From assembly GCA_019749855.1 (NCBI GenBank), contig JAIEPI010000115.1, forward strand, positions 1 to 44,689: DNA of 44,689 bases, read 5' to 3'. The stretch's first letter is position 1. Each line of letters begins with the position of its first letter. Of the stretch, positions 1 to 9,928 are shown piece by piece. Source of the DNA: Rickettsiales bacterium (GTDB taxonomy: Bacteria > Pseudomonadota > Alphaproteobacteria > Rickettsiales > UBA998). The position numbers were made by a program, and so were the translations under genes. Under the pieces are notes generated by a model. That model was not told the origin of the DNA. It did not search any database and saw only the letters and a list, made by a program, of their open reading frames with translations.

Positions 1-9
1 TCGCGGTGA

Positions 10-462
10 AACCCAGCGAATGAGATTCCACATCGATCCTGCTTTGTCGTTGGTACCGGACGCCCGGGCACCGCCGGCACATGGTACGCCGTGCCTAATC
101 GCAACGTGCCCGACAGCCGCATCTCGGGTGCGGGCTTTACCATGATGAGCGTGCAAATTGGTGCGGAGAATGATACCCGTTGGTTTAGCGGCAATTACGC
201 GACCATTTTAGTGTTTGGTGGCAATAGCGGTAACCAGGAAACCTACATACCTGTTCTTACTGCAGAAGAAGCCTTTAATATCGACGAAAAAATGGATGAT
301 GGCAAACCCGGCATCGGCACCGTACGTGGCTTTAAGTTCAATCTGTGCGTCAATCCTGACTCCGCGAGCACCGCAGCGCAAAAGCAGGCAGCTACCTATG
401 ACCGAACGCTGGCAAGTCGCAATTGCTCGCTCATTTTCTCGCTGGCCGGTGACCCGGGCTGA
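10..462 (+). CDS. C-terminal portion of a pilin-like paralog (truncated, frameshifted or alternative start)
   Basis: The frame is open from nt 10, after a TGA at 7-9. There is no ATG before the GTG at 91 and no prepilin leader is visible. C-terminal EEAFNIDEKMDDGKPGIGTV parallels EEAWKIDTKLDDGKPGTGIV of the next gene. Confidence 0.4.
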   Translation, partial: NPANEIPHRSCFVVGTGRPGTAGTWYAVPNRNVPDSRISGAGFTMMSVQIGAENDTRWFSGNYATILVFGGNSGNQETYIPVLTAEEAFNIDEKMDDGKPGIGTVRGFKFNLCVNPDSASTAAQKQAATYDRTLASRNCSLIFSLAGDPG

Positions 463-613
463 CCCTTAAGCGTTGCATGTTGGCAATATCTTTTAAGGTC
501 ATCTCATGACATCTCAATGAGTGTAAAAGACAACATATTAATAATTGTTTTACCAATGAAGCCTAAGATGAACTTTAGGTAAGATGAATTTTAGGTATTT
601 GTGAGATTTCATA

Positions 614-1402
614 ATGAAAAATAAAGGCTTCAGTTTATTAGAACTCTCCATTGTTCTGGTTATCATTGGCTTGCTGGCCAGCGGGGTTATGGTAGGGCAA
701 AGTCTGGTGAAAGCGGCAGAGATAAGAAGTGTGATGGCAGACATGGATAAACTTCAGACTGCAATCTACACGTTTCGCGAAAAATACATGGCTATTCCGG
801 GCGATATGCGCAATGCAACTGCTTTCTGGGGATTTGCTGCAGGAACCACCGGCAATGATGCCGCCTGTCAGAACACGTATTCAACCAATGCGCGAACTTG
901 CAATGGCAATGGGGACGGGAGAATCGAACACAACGCCGTAAATTGGGGAGAACGCTTCCGTGCTTTACAGCATTTAGCCAATGCGGGTTTACTTGAAGGT
1001 TCATATACGGGACGGGATGGCTCTGCAACGCCTGGGGACCCACTTGATGCAAATTTCACTATTGCCGATGTTAATGTTCCAAGTTGCAAAAAAGCAGGCT
1101 GTCTCTTACGTTTAGAAAATAAGCCTACGACCGTCGGCGATGTTAACTGGTATGATTCTCCCTCATTCAACTACATTATTGCTGGAACCGCAAGTGCAGT
1201 TGCCAATACATTCAAGCCTGAAGAAGCCTGGAAAATTGACACCAAGCTGGATGATGGAAAGCCCGGGACTGGGATAGTGTTTGTCAATAAGCCAGGCGGA
1301 ACGTGGGCACCTTTGTGTGCCACCACGGATGTCAGTGCCACGGCAGCATACAACCTGACTCATACGAGCGAGGCCTGCGAAGTGATTTTAGCTCTAAGAT
1401 GA
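614..1402 (+). CDS. prepilin-type N-terminal cleavage/methylation domain protein (type IV pilin / pseudopilin-like)
   Basis: The N-terminus MKNKGFSLLELSIVLVIIGLLA carries the classic G|FxLxE leader and hydrophobic helix. The ATG is preceded by an AT-rich leader. Confidence 0.8.
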   Translation: MKNKGFSLLELSIVLVIIGLLASGVMVGQSLVKAAEIRSVMADMDKLQTAIYTFREKYMAIPGDMRNATAFWGFAAGTTGNDAACQNTYSTNARTCNGNGDGRIEHNAVNWGERFRALQHLANAGLLEGSYTGRDGSATPGDPLDANFTIADVNVPSCKKAGCLLRLENKPTTVGDVNWYDSPSFNYIIAGTASAVANTFKPEEAWKIDTKLDDGKPGTGIVFVNKPGGTWAPLCATTDVSATAAYNLTHTSEACEVILALR

Positions 1403-1524
1403 GTTGTCGTTATCAAACCTGCTTCGATTTTTTAAATCACAAGTTGATGCCGTCACTGGCAAAAATACCTATTGCCTCAATCGCCAAACTCTATCGCTTT
1501 TTCAAGGGCTCCCAGAAGAAGCAT

Positions 1525-2112
1525 TTACGAGCGACTTTTGACCAAAATTTTGTAATAAATGCTTCTGCCACCATTCGTATCGCATTTTGCCAGTGACTCA
1601 GCGTAAGTCACTGAAATGCTTGAGGCCTCGATTTTTTTGCCCGCACGGATTGAGCTAATTTCAGCTTCTGACAGCTCAACGTTAAATAATGATTTAGCCG
1701 CACTGCTCACTTCATTTTGTAGTAATTCTTTCATTTCATTCAGGCGAGGAATTAAGGCTGGCTCTACATCCAGCCTGCCTTTTCCCCACCACTCATTGCC
1801 ATTGCACAGCGTTGTCGTAAAATCCATTTGCCTCACCAGTTCTGTGGCATCTAAAACCGCATCCATAGTAGCGCTACCAGACGTAAATTTATCGGCTCTT
1901 GCATAGACCTTAATAAAGATATCCGCCTCAGGTTTCGCGTAAGTGAGATAAGGGCCAGGGCCACTGAGCTTGAAATGATTGGCTAACACATAATCATGCA
2001 CCTGCCCGACCGTGATCGCGGTGGACGAGCGCGCGAAGGCGTATGAATGTAAGCCCACGACTATCAAGGCAACCAGCCCAGCCCGTTTCAATCGTGCGAC
2101 ATGACTCAACAT
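1525..2112 (-). CDS. hypothetical secreted protein
   Basis: 195-aa ORF with a signal-peptide-like N-terminus (LKRAGLVALIVVGLHSYAFA). No recognisable catalytic motif. Confidence 0.5.
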   Translation of the reverse strand: MLSHVARLKRAGLVALIVVGLHSYAFARSSTAITVGQVHDYVLANHFKLSGPGPYLTYAKPEADIFIKVYARADKFTSGSATMDAVLDATELVRQMDFTTTLCNGNEWWGKGRLDVEPALIPRLNEMKELLQNEVSSAAKSLFNVELSEAEISSIRAGKKIEASSISVTYAESLAKCDTNGGRSIYYKILVKSRS

Positions 2113-2446
2113 GCGACATCTCCTGTTGAATTACGAAGTTTCTGCGGTCTTTAGCTGACATTGCGAAAATCATCAGCAGCAGCATACGAATTGCTTTGAG
2201 AAATTACACCTAGTTATAAAAGAACGGGTGGAGCTTCACAAGCCCCCGCCTGCTATGGAGGGTAAAACCTTATGGTGGATAATGCTCATGCAACCTTGGC
2301 GGCTTTTCAAAATAGTTGCAGATTATTGTATTATAATCATTTATTCTCAAAATTCGGCGTCAGTGAATAAATAACGTCATAAAAGCTTCTGCAAAATTAA
2401 AACATTAACATGCTATCATAATGTAGGATTATGAAGGGGTTCAACC

Positions 2447-3874
2447 ATGCCCACCATATCAGGTAAAGCTGCAGAAGCTGCATTTAGGGCATTGCGTCAG
2501 GCAGCAATAGAGCGCATCCGTTTTTTTCAAGAGGCGTTGGCAGAGCGTGGTATTCTTGCGCGTGTTGGTGCAGAGCTGGAATTCTTTCCCCTTAACCAAA
2601 AGGGGGTGCCGCAAGATGATTTGCTGGATGCAAAGAAACTTACTGCCGCTTTACAGAGTGTGGCTACCATTGAAAGGGTGCATCAAGAAACCATTGCCAG
2701 CCGTGCACAATATGAATTAGTCACTGGTTTAAACCGACATAAAAGCGGCACAACTATCCATGACTCCAGTCCCCTTGCGGCAGCTGAAACCGTAGATGCT
2801 TTCAAACATGCGTTGCTTAGAAATGCTAAACGCCTAGGGCTAAGTGGTGTCGCTTTCAAAGCGCGAATGCAAGCAGGTACCGCATTACAAAATAGCGGAT
2901 TACATGTGAATTTAAGTCTGTGGGATGGTGCAGGACGAAGCAACCTATTTTATCAACATTTTAAGCCAACGACGGATTTAGAGCGACATGTCGTAGACTC
3001 CATGATTCAAACTCATGCTACTTCTGTCCCAGCTTATTTTCCTTTCGCCGATTCTTATGAGCGCATTGCCGCAAGCGCCAGGGGCACGATAACGAACCCT
3101 GATTTTGCTATGGCTATCAGTTCTGCTGTCCCTACGCGGGCAGGCTATATGGCCAATAAAGGCACGACGCTGGTCAATGCCTATAACGTGCTTAAATCGG
3201 CTATAAGGGGGGAACCAGAAATAGGTTCAATTGCAGGAAGGCACGGGGATTTACTTCATAAGCCGCTTGGGCTATTGGAAGGTCTCGCGTTTCCGGGGCG
3301 TCGCTCATCCATGATTGGTTGGGAAAAGCCTTCTCAATATAGGCTTGAAAGCAGATTGGCAGGTGCTGACGCAGACCCATATATTGCAATTGCGGCAGAT
3401 TTAGCCTCAGCTTATGAAGCTGTTACCCACCATGTCAGACCTTTTGTACATGGTATGATAATAAATTCTACAACCGAAAAGCTTATAAATGCTGGCGAGA
3501 AAAGTTGGGTGGTGACAAGACATCAAGGGCCATTTGATTCCTTGCCGCTCGCACTCAATAGTACGGTTGGGCATCAGGCTTTTGCAAGTAATGCAAGAAT
3601 GCGAGCATTGCTCGGTGAAGATTTGTTTCACGGCATTACCGCCACTACGAGGCCAATAGGTATTGACCTGGCCACAAAAGAAGCAGTTGAAGAATCAACA
3701 AATCATTTCCAAAGGATGGTGCGCGGGCATAGAGGAAATGACTATGACAAAACCACCATTACCGATGGTATACAAGAGGCATTTGATGCTACGCCGCGAT
3801 CTGTAGTAAATGAAAAGGGTAAGACTAAATGGACTGAGCGGATTGGAAGCAATCTTGGCAAAAGCAGATATTAA
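2447..3874 (+). CDS. glutamine synthetase catalytic-domain family protein (divergent)
   Basis: GS-like motifs appear in order: GAELEFFPL, SGLHVNLSLWD, DSYERI (compare NSYKRL) and ESRLAGADADPYIAIAADLA (compare E.R...NPYL). RBS gaagggg lies upstream of the ATG. Confidence 0.6.
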   Translation: MPTISGKAAEAAFRALRQAAIERIRFFQEALAERGILARVGAELEFFPLNQKGVPQDDLLDAKKLTAALQSVATIERVHQETIASRAQYELVTGLNRHKSGTTIHDSSPLAAAETVDAFKHALLRNAKRLGLSGVAFKARMQAGTALQNSGLHVNLSLWDGAGRSNLFYQHFKPTTDLERHVVDSMIQTHATSVPAYFPFADSYERIAASARGTITNPDFAMAISSAVPTRAGYMANKGTTLVNAYNVLKSAIRGEPEIGSIAGRHGDLLHKPLGLLEGLAFPGRRSSMIGWEKPSQYRLESRLAGADADPYIAIAADLASAYEAVTHHVRPFVHGMIINSTTEKLINAGEKSWVVTRHQGPFDSLPLALNSTVGHQAFASNARMRALLGEDLFHGITATTRPIGIDLATKEAVEESTNHFQRMVRGHRGNDYDKTTITDGIQEAFDATPRSVVNEKGKTKWTERIGSNLGKSRY

Positions 3875-4100
3875 TATTTTTACACGGCGGAATCAGCAGC
3901 AGCAGCATATGAAATTTTAGCATCAACACCAACGTTGGCGCTAGCGTACAACACGAGCGCAAAGAAACCTCGAAGCGAATTTGGGGTTTATTGAACGACG
4001 GGCACAAAGCGTTAAGCCACAATATACCGGGCCTTGTTTGCTTTATGTGGGCCAATCCATTGAAGGGCTTTCCGATATAGGTGAGCATACTGTAATCCGC

Positions 4101-4724
4101 TTATGCCAAGGCAAATCGTTGCAACGACGATAACTCCAACGTATCTCCAACTTTCTTCTGCAACTGTGGAATCACTTCTTTCTCAAACCAGAGATTTTTC
4201 TTAAGCCATATATTATTGCGCGGGCTGGGGTGCGGCAGAACCAGCATTTGCGGCCAGTATTCCTTCCATGCGCGCACGGTTTCGGTGAGATTTTCTTTTC
4301 GCCTCTCACCCAAATGCCAATCCAAAGCGTATTGCCCAAGGATCAGAGTTAGTTCGATATTCGGCAATTGCGCGAGGAGTTTGTTACGCCATGCCGGCGC
4401 ACATTCCGGACGGGGCGGAAGGTCGCCTGATTTCCCCGTACCGGGATAGCAAAAACCCATTGGCAGAATGGCAATCTTCTCCGCGTCATAAAATATTTCT
4501 CTGCTCACGCCCACCCATGCACGCAGCCTATCGCCGCTCGGGTCATTAAACGGAATGCCGGTCTCATGAACGCGCACCCCAGGTGCTTGTCCTGCAATTA
4601 AAATTTTTGCCTTGGGATTGAATTGGAACACCGGTCGTGGCCCAAGCGGTAGGTGCTCCGCGCAGATGGTGCAAGCGTTGATTTCGCTCATGAGTCGTGA
4701 TGTGGTGGCACGTTGTTTTTTCAT
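4101..4724 (-). CDS. uracil-DNA glycosylase superfamily protein
   Basis: GQAPG motif A and HPSPRN motif B are present at typical UDG family 4/5-like spacing. The start could alternatively be the internal Met at 4691. Confidence 0.75.
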   Translation of the reverse strand: MKKQRATTSRLMSEINACTICAEHLPLGPRPVFQFNPKAKILIAGQAPGVRVHETGIPFNDPSGDRLRAWVGVSREIFYDAEKIAILPMGFCYPGTGKSGDLPPRPECAPAWRNKLLAQLPNIELTLILGQYALDWHLGERRKENLTETVRAWKEYWPQMLVLPHPSPRNNIWLKKNLWFEKEVIPQLQKKVGDTLELSSLQRFALA

Positions 4725-4757
4725 AAAAGGCGTATCTCCAGACTACTTTGTGTGAGG

Positions 4758-4783
4758 AACAGGCGCTTATCATAGCGCCTGTT
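4758..4783. terminator. 10-bp GC-rich hairpin between the YHS gene stop and the UDG gene start
   Basis: aacaggcgct-tatcat-agcgcctgtt. No clear T-run follows on either strand. Confidence 0.3.
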
Positions 4784-4795
4784 TCCCAGCAAAGA

Positions 4796-5251
4796 TTAAA
4801 GTTCTGAAGGCGCTTTATTGTGGATTTGCGTCCAGTTGGCGTCAGCTTTTTTGATGTTACCCGGAATATCTTTTACCCAGATATTAGACACTTCGCGGCT
4901 TAAATTCAAATAGAGCTTGCCATCCACGATTTTCCATACAGTAGGATCGGAGATGAACTTTTTATTTTCGACAACACCGTAAGCACACCAGCCATTATAT
5001 TGTGGCAGGTATTTTTCCGGGTTGGCTTCAAAGGTTTTTTTATGCTCATCGCTGGCGAATAGATAGTTGACACCATCATTAACGACCACATGGTCGCCGT
5101 TGCCTTTAACGGGCTTGCCGTCGGTGAAATAACCGACAACATCGTAGCCTTGAACGCCTACGGTGCTATGCTCCACTTCAGCGGCGAATGCCATCGAAGG
5201 GAGTAAGACGAGAGCCGCAATGGCCCCAATCAGCTTTGTTTTTATGCTCAT
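4796..5251 (-). CDS. YHS domain-containing periplasmic protein
   Basis: Signal peptide, then GYDVVGYF...G....V...GV.YLFASDEHKKTFEANPEKYLPQYNGWCAYG, typical of the YHS-domain family. Confidence 0.7.
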   Translation of the reverse strand: MSIKTKLIGAIAALVLLPSMAFAAEVEHSTVGVQGYDVVGYFTDGKPVKGNGDHVVVNDGVNYLFASDEHKKTFEANPEKYLPQYNGWCAYGVVENKKFISDPTVWKIVDGKLYLNLSREVSNIWVKDIPGNIKKADANWTQIHNKAPSEL

Positions 5252-5510
5252 AAGATTCTCCTGTAAGTGTTTAATTTTATTGAAGATGTTAACAACACGA
5301 AGCTACGCATCGCCCGGTTTCTCCTTTCACCGCTTACGGGCACATGGCGTGCCGATAATTCCAAAATTTGCCTCTCAATTACTTCCATTAGGCTTTGGTG
5401 CGGCGGGCAATATGACGCCTGCGCGGAATGGTTACTGTTAAACCGCATCAATATTCCATATGTATTTGATCGCTTCAGAAAATTCGCACAGCAGCATACC
5501 TGCCTACCGG

Positions 5511-5542
5511 GCGCTTGCTGCGTTGCAAACGCTAAATTCGCA
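5511..5542. repeat. 32-nt intergenic repeat, identical to 18381-18412
   Basis: Exact 32-mer match. It contains the small hairpin gcgtt-gca-aacgc. Confidence 0.8.
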
Positions 5543-5637
5543 AGGCTTATTCAAGCTTTTTGTCGAACCGGATTTGGGAGTTGGTTGAGAGTCAAAAAGT
5601 GTTAGGCAAAATAATAGTTAATAGCATGCAGCCTCAC

Positions 5638-6300
5638 TTAACTCAGCCCTCTATCATCCCGGCCCCATAGGCTGTAAGGAATTTTGGCTAATTGCTGGTT
5701 GGAATACTTTTCAATTCCTGTAATATTTTTTCCTATCCAATCCGGAAGGTTATCAGGAATTTTATCAGTCTCAATTTCAGCAGTCACCAATCCAGTATTT
5801 TTTCCCTGAAATACATCAACTTCCCACTTTTTTCCTTCAATATCTAGCACATGACGAATCTTTGCCAAAGAATGCGGACAATGCGTAATAAGTTTCAAGG
5901 CGCTATCTTTGGAAATAGGAAATTCAAGTTCACGGCGGCTGGCAATATTCTCTGTTTTGGCTTTGATTGTTAGAACGTAGTGGCCATCACTGTTACGAAT
6001 ACGCGCTTCAGTTCCCTCATCAATAATAATTTCTCCGTGTTCATTGGTAATTTTTCGTAAGTTATCTACGCCGAAAGCTTCCAAAACATCCTGTGGAATT
6101 GGCAGTATCGTTTCTTGACCTGAAAAATTTACTGTAATGGCTGCTGACGCACCGTTAATTTTTAAATTCAGCGGCGCAATCTCATCATCTGTTTTTGGGA
6201 AGTAATGTTGAGTGATATTTTTTACAGCTGAAGGAGCAATTGCTTTCCAGTCATCATTTTTTACTAAGAATTTATATTCCGTCTCTAAATCACCGCTCAT
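5638..6300 (-). CDS. CYTH (triphosphate tunnel metalloenzyme) domain protein
   Basis: N-terminal ExExK signature (ETEYKFLV), plus later acidic strands ELEFP and TAEIE. The ATG overlaps the upstream gene's stop as TAATG. Confidence 0.6.
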   Translation of the reverse strand: MSGDLETEYKFLVKNDDWKAIAPSAVKNITQHYFPKTDDEIAPLNLKINGASAAITVNFSGQETILPIPQDVLEAFGVDNLRKITNEHGEIIIDEGTEARIRNSDGHYVLTIKAKTENIASRRELEFPISKDSALKLITHCPHSLAKIRHVLDIEGKKWEVDVFQGKNTGLVTAEIETDKIPDNLPDWIGKNITGIEKYSNQQLAKIPYSLWGRDDRGLS

Positions 6301-7658
6301 TAAGACACCTCTCTTAATGAAGTTACCTTGTTTAGATTTGCCAAAAGAGCTTTTTGTGCAGGATTATTTTGGCTTAGATATGCAGGAAGCCCCGCCGAGC
6401 CATTTTCGGCACTAATAGTTTGAAGACGAGCCTCGTCGCGTCCGATGACTTCTCCTGCAGCAGCGAACCCAAGCTGTGCTTTTTGCGCTTCCGGCAGGCC
6501 TACTACTTGCCCTAACAAATAGCCGCCAGCAAAGGCATCACCGCCGCCAACGGTGTTGACTATTCCGTGTGGTGGTCTTGGCGGCACATATTGTTCTGAA
6601 ATGCCTTGATTGCTAACGACACGCACGCCGTGTTTTCCATTTGTCACTACAAATGTCACGGGTGGAATTTTATCTTTGCAGTAGGTTGTATGCGCATACG
6701 TAAAAGCGGCATCGTTTGCTGCAAACTTATCTGCCATATAAGCTGGATCAGCTTGCTTGGCTTTTTCCAATGCCTCGCCTTCTAAACCATTCCATTTGGC
6801 CTCGTGCGGCTTACGCCACTCGGTATCCATACGCATTAGTCGTCTGAATTCACCCGTGTTAGCGGAAATAATGACGGGTGCCACCTTGCTGGCTCGTTCT
6901 AATGCTGATTTCAGGTCGTCTGATTCAGCAATAGGTTGTGCGCCTGCAGTTAGAACAATTGTCGGACGTTTGCTTGGCTCTTCACCTGCCGCTTCTACTT
7001 TTTTAAGCAAAACATCAAGAAAGTCATTATATTTGCCTGAATATTTCATATACCCGCCAAGCATTACCATTTTAGTTTGGCTTAAATCCATTTCTTTGAG
7101 TTGCTCCAGTGCGCCGTCTAATGTCCTGTCACACGAATCTTGAAAACTAGGGGATGCAACGATAATACGATCTCCGTCCACAGGAATAATGTGCGCCGTC
7201 ATGGTGCGGCCTGCGGGCGTGGCATGAGCAATGAGTCCTTCCAGAGATTTCTGGAAAACGTGGCCAGCTTCGTCATCGCCGACAGCCGTTAGGAATGTGC
7301 CGCTGCCGATCAAGGCCTTATTATTGGTTTTTGCGTTTGCCATAAGATAAAAGCTATTCGCCAACGCGCCGCCTGCTTCAATCGTTCGTGGTTTGCCAAG
7401 AATCTGGTTACGAATTGACTCTGCCTTCTCGCGTTCAGTATCGCCGGTTGCAGTCAAATGATTGTCACCTGCAAATGCGAGCAGTTTTGCGTCAAATTCT
7501 TCTGCGCTTACCAGAATATTCTCACCTTTGCGTGGAGGGTTTTCGGGCTTCAAAGAACGCAAAAAACTGTCACGCAGGCTCGCGTTTGCATTCTTCTCAT
7601 CGTAAATATAGTCCGTGACTGCGGTTTCAATACCGATAACAGCGGGTGAATGTGTCAT
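6300..7658 (-). CDS. PfkB-family carbohydrate/nucleoside kinase (adenosine-kinase-like, long form)
   Basis: C-terminal PfkB signature NTVGGGDAFAGGYLLG. I prefer the ATG at 7658 (MTHSPAVIGIE), preceded by AGGAAAG, over the TTG at 7724 given in the ORF track. Confidence 0.8.
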   Translation of the reverse strand: MTHSPAVIGIETAVTDYIYDEKNANASLRDSFLRSLKPENPPRKGENILVSAEEFDAKLLAFAGDNHLTATGDTEREKAESIRNQILGKPRTIEAGGALANSFYLMANAKTNNKALIGSGTFLTAVGDDEAGHVFQKSLEGLIAHATPAGRTMTAHIIPVDGDRIIVASPSFQDSCDRTLDGALEQLKEMDLSQTKMVMLGGYMKYSGKYNDFLDVLLKKVEAAGEEPSKRPTIVLTAGAQPIAESDDLKSALERASKVAPVIISANTGEFRRLMRMDTEWRKPHEAKWNGLEGEALEKAKQADPAYMADKFAANDAAFTYAHTTYCKDKIPPVTFVVTNGKHGVRVVSNQGISEQYVPPRPPHGIVNTVGGGDAFAGGYLLGQVVGLPEAQKAQLGFAAAGEVIGRDEARLQTISAENGSAGLPAYLSQNNPAQKALLANLNKVTSLREVS

Positions 7659-7878
7659 TTTGCTTTCCTGTATAAAAATCTTCGGAACTAAATGCTTCAA
7701 TTTAGGATAAGGCAGATAAAACAAGCTACTCTATTGTATTTATTAAGCTTTCAATATCAACCCCAAAAATGGGTATCAATCGCTCACCGAAAGTTAGAAC
7801 CAGAGCCAACTCAGGCTCCCACGCGGAAAAACTTCGAAGCGGATTTTGGAGTTTATTGAACATCAAAATTCCATAGAA

Positions 7879-8637
7879 TTATTTAGAAGAAATGATCTTT
7901 TGTTCTGTACTAAAGGCAATCAAAGTATTCGTTAAAAATGCAAGATCAAAATCTACATGCCCTTTTTCGGGTAGATAAATGGAGCGTTTTGGCGCGTTTG
8001 CTTTTTCAAAAAGCATTTTACCCAAACGAATAGGCACAATGGTATCTTTCTCGCCGTGAAAAAGCAGTAATGGGACATGCACTTTAGAAATCTTACTCAA
8101 AGAATCAAAATGGTCCTTAAGCAGCCAATGCGTCGGTATCCATGGATATTTATCTGCAGCAACTGCATCCACAGACGTGTAGGGCGATTGCAACACTAAT
8201 GCAGCTGTAGGAAATTCTGTTGCCATTTGAACGGCGACGCCGGTACCTATGGATTCACCATAAATGATAATATCATGCGGTTTCAGTGCGGTTTTTGTAG
8301 ATGCATACTCCATCGTCGCGCGTGCATCCTGATAAAACCCCTCTTCCGAAGGACGACCTTCACTACTGCCATAACCCCGATAGCTAAGTGCTAAAATTCC
8401 GAATCCCGCATCCGAAAGCAATTTATAATAATGCGCACGTCCGCCCAGATGACCGCCATTGCCATGAAAATAAACTATGGTTGGGTAACCGGCGCGCGCT
8501 TTACGATGCCACACCTGTACATGCGTGCCGTCTGCGCTCTGTAAGTGCAGATCTTCAAAATCTTGCAATCCGTAGATAGTCGGCGCCTGAATGTTAGTCT
8601 GCGGTCTGTAGAGAAGATGACGTTGAGCCGCCCACAT
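7879..8637 (-). CDS. alpha/beta hydrolase (BEM46/S9-like)
   Basis: HGNGGH oxyanion region, GESIGTG nucleophile elbow, and a downstream GEKD...GH triad pattern. Confidence 0.8.
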   Translation of the reverse strand: MWAAQRHLLYRPQTNIQAPTIYGLQDFEDLHLQSADGTHVQVWHRKARAGYPTIVYFHGNGGHLGGRAHYYKLLSDAGFGILALSYRGYGSSEGRPSEEGFYQDARATMEYASTKTALKPHDIIIYGESIGTGVAVQMATEFPTAALVLQSPYTSVDAVAADKYPWIPTHWLLKDHFDSLSKISKVHVPLLLFHGEKDTIVPIRLGKMLFEKANAPKRSIYLPEKGHVDFDLAFLTNTLIAFSTEQKIISSK

Positions 8638-9276
8638 GAGTAGAAGTGGGGAAGGTGCCCCGGTTGAATATCTTAATATAAAAGTGGCAGAACTGTTTTA
8701 TGAGGCAACCGGAGCATTACGGAAATTAAATCGTGACATTTACACACAGCACCCTTTCGAAACACAAGCGCGTTATTTGGCAAATTCTGTGTGTAGCAAT
8801 ATTGGCGAACGCCTGAAAAGCCGGGAGCTCTAGAGCGCATGAGAGCACCACTTATCCCAGCGTTCTGTCACGCTACTGCATGATACCCGCAAAAGACCCA
8901 TGACTTTTTACTTGCTCATTCCCTGCCTGTGGATATGATGGTTAATTGCGCGCTATGCTTGCGCACTATCGTCGCACTCCGCTCGCAGTTACCCTTATCT
9001 CCACAGGAACCACAACCATAAGTGGTGGTATAAATATGGAACGGGTTGATTGTAACGGACCTTAAATTACCCCGGTTGCTGGTCTAGACGATGGGGTGCA
9101 GCTCTCATTACCATTATCCGAATAATAAGATTCACAGACGCTTATCCCACTGTAGCAAATAAATTCTTGCCTTCAAGTTTCAAAAATGGTGTCGGGCGCT
9201 TAATGAAACTTAGAACCAGCGCCAAGTCAGGCTCCCAAGCAGAATTGAACCACTTTTGAATATACCACTTCCAAAG

Positions 9277-9294
9277 TGGTGACCCCGGTCGAAC
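9277..9294. repeat. degenerate att core copy (left end of island 1)
   Basis: 16/18 identity to the 18-mer at 18344-18361 and 18515-18532. Confidence 0.45.
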
Positions 9295-9928
9295 ATAACG
9301 CCATAATACTCCGAAAGCTTGTACGGCCTTTTCTCAAATTCTTCACAGGCCTAAATCCCGATTCCAATTAGACAAGGTATGAAAAAACCCGTAGGGCTGT
9401 CACTTTGGCTATTATTGCCCAGTGCCACCTATCCCTAGTCCATCTGAAAAGAAGTAGAACCGAAATGATTACGGTGGATAAAAAAATTCCTGTACCAAGT
9501 GTCATTCAAAACCGTCGCTGTTTTCTTAGCCACTCCCAAGGCATAGTAAACTTTCACTGCCATACGCCAGCCGCTTGTTTCTTGCCCTGATTTTCTGCCT
9601 TGCGTAGCGCATGGAGTAGTGCCGGTAATTCACGGCAATCCAGCCAAGCCTGACGCCCCAAGCTGCTAGTTGAGATTGTGTCGCCCATTACCTAGGCTAT
9701 CACGCTCTTGCCGCATGACGGCTGACCGCTGCGATAAGGTGAATCGACAGATTGATCTTCTACGAGACTTCTTGACGGAGTTTTCATTCCAAACCCTACC
9801 TCGAGGCAAGGTGGATATGGTGAAGACTCGAGAAAAATGCAAATGATTACCAGAACTATGAACAGCGATGCCTTGTGCTGTCTTTTGCAGGGGGCAAGCT
9901 AAAGGGAAGAAAATGATAAGGTTTGCGC

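Noticed and set aside
5267-5605. 112-aa plus-strand ORF (and 5163-5441) in the YHS/CYTH intergenic region
   Set aside because: It covers repeat-family sequence and has no RBS or recognisable motif. It is likely non-coding.
8836-9112. Inverted repeats catgagagcacc / ggtgcagctctcat about 260 bp apart, suggesting a MITE
   Set aside because: The arms are short and imperfect and I saw no target-site duplication. This could be chance and needs genome-wide repeat analysis.
9590-9790. Possible integrase pseudogene fragment (minus-strand peptide ..RQAWLDCRELPALLHALRKAE..) near the left end of island 1
   Set aside because: It is only a ~44-aa frame with a weak, memory-based resemblance to P4-type integrase linker regions. 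That is not enough to call without a search.
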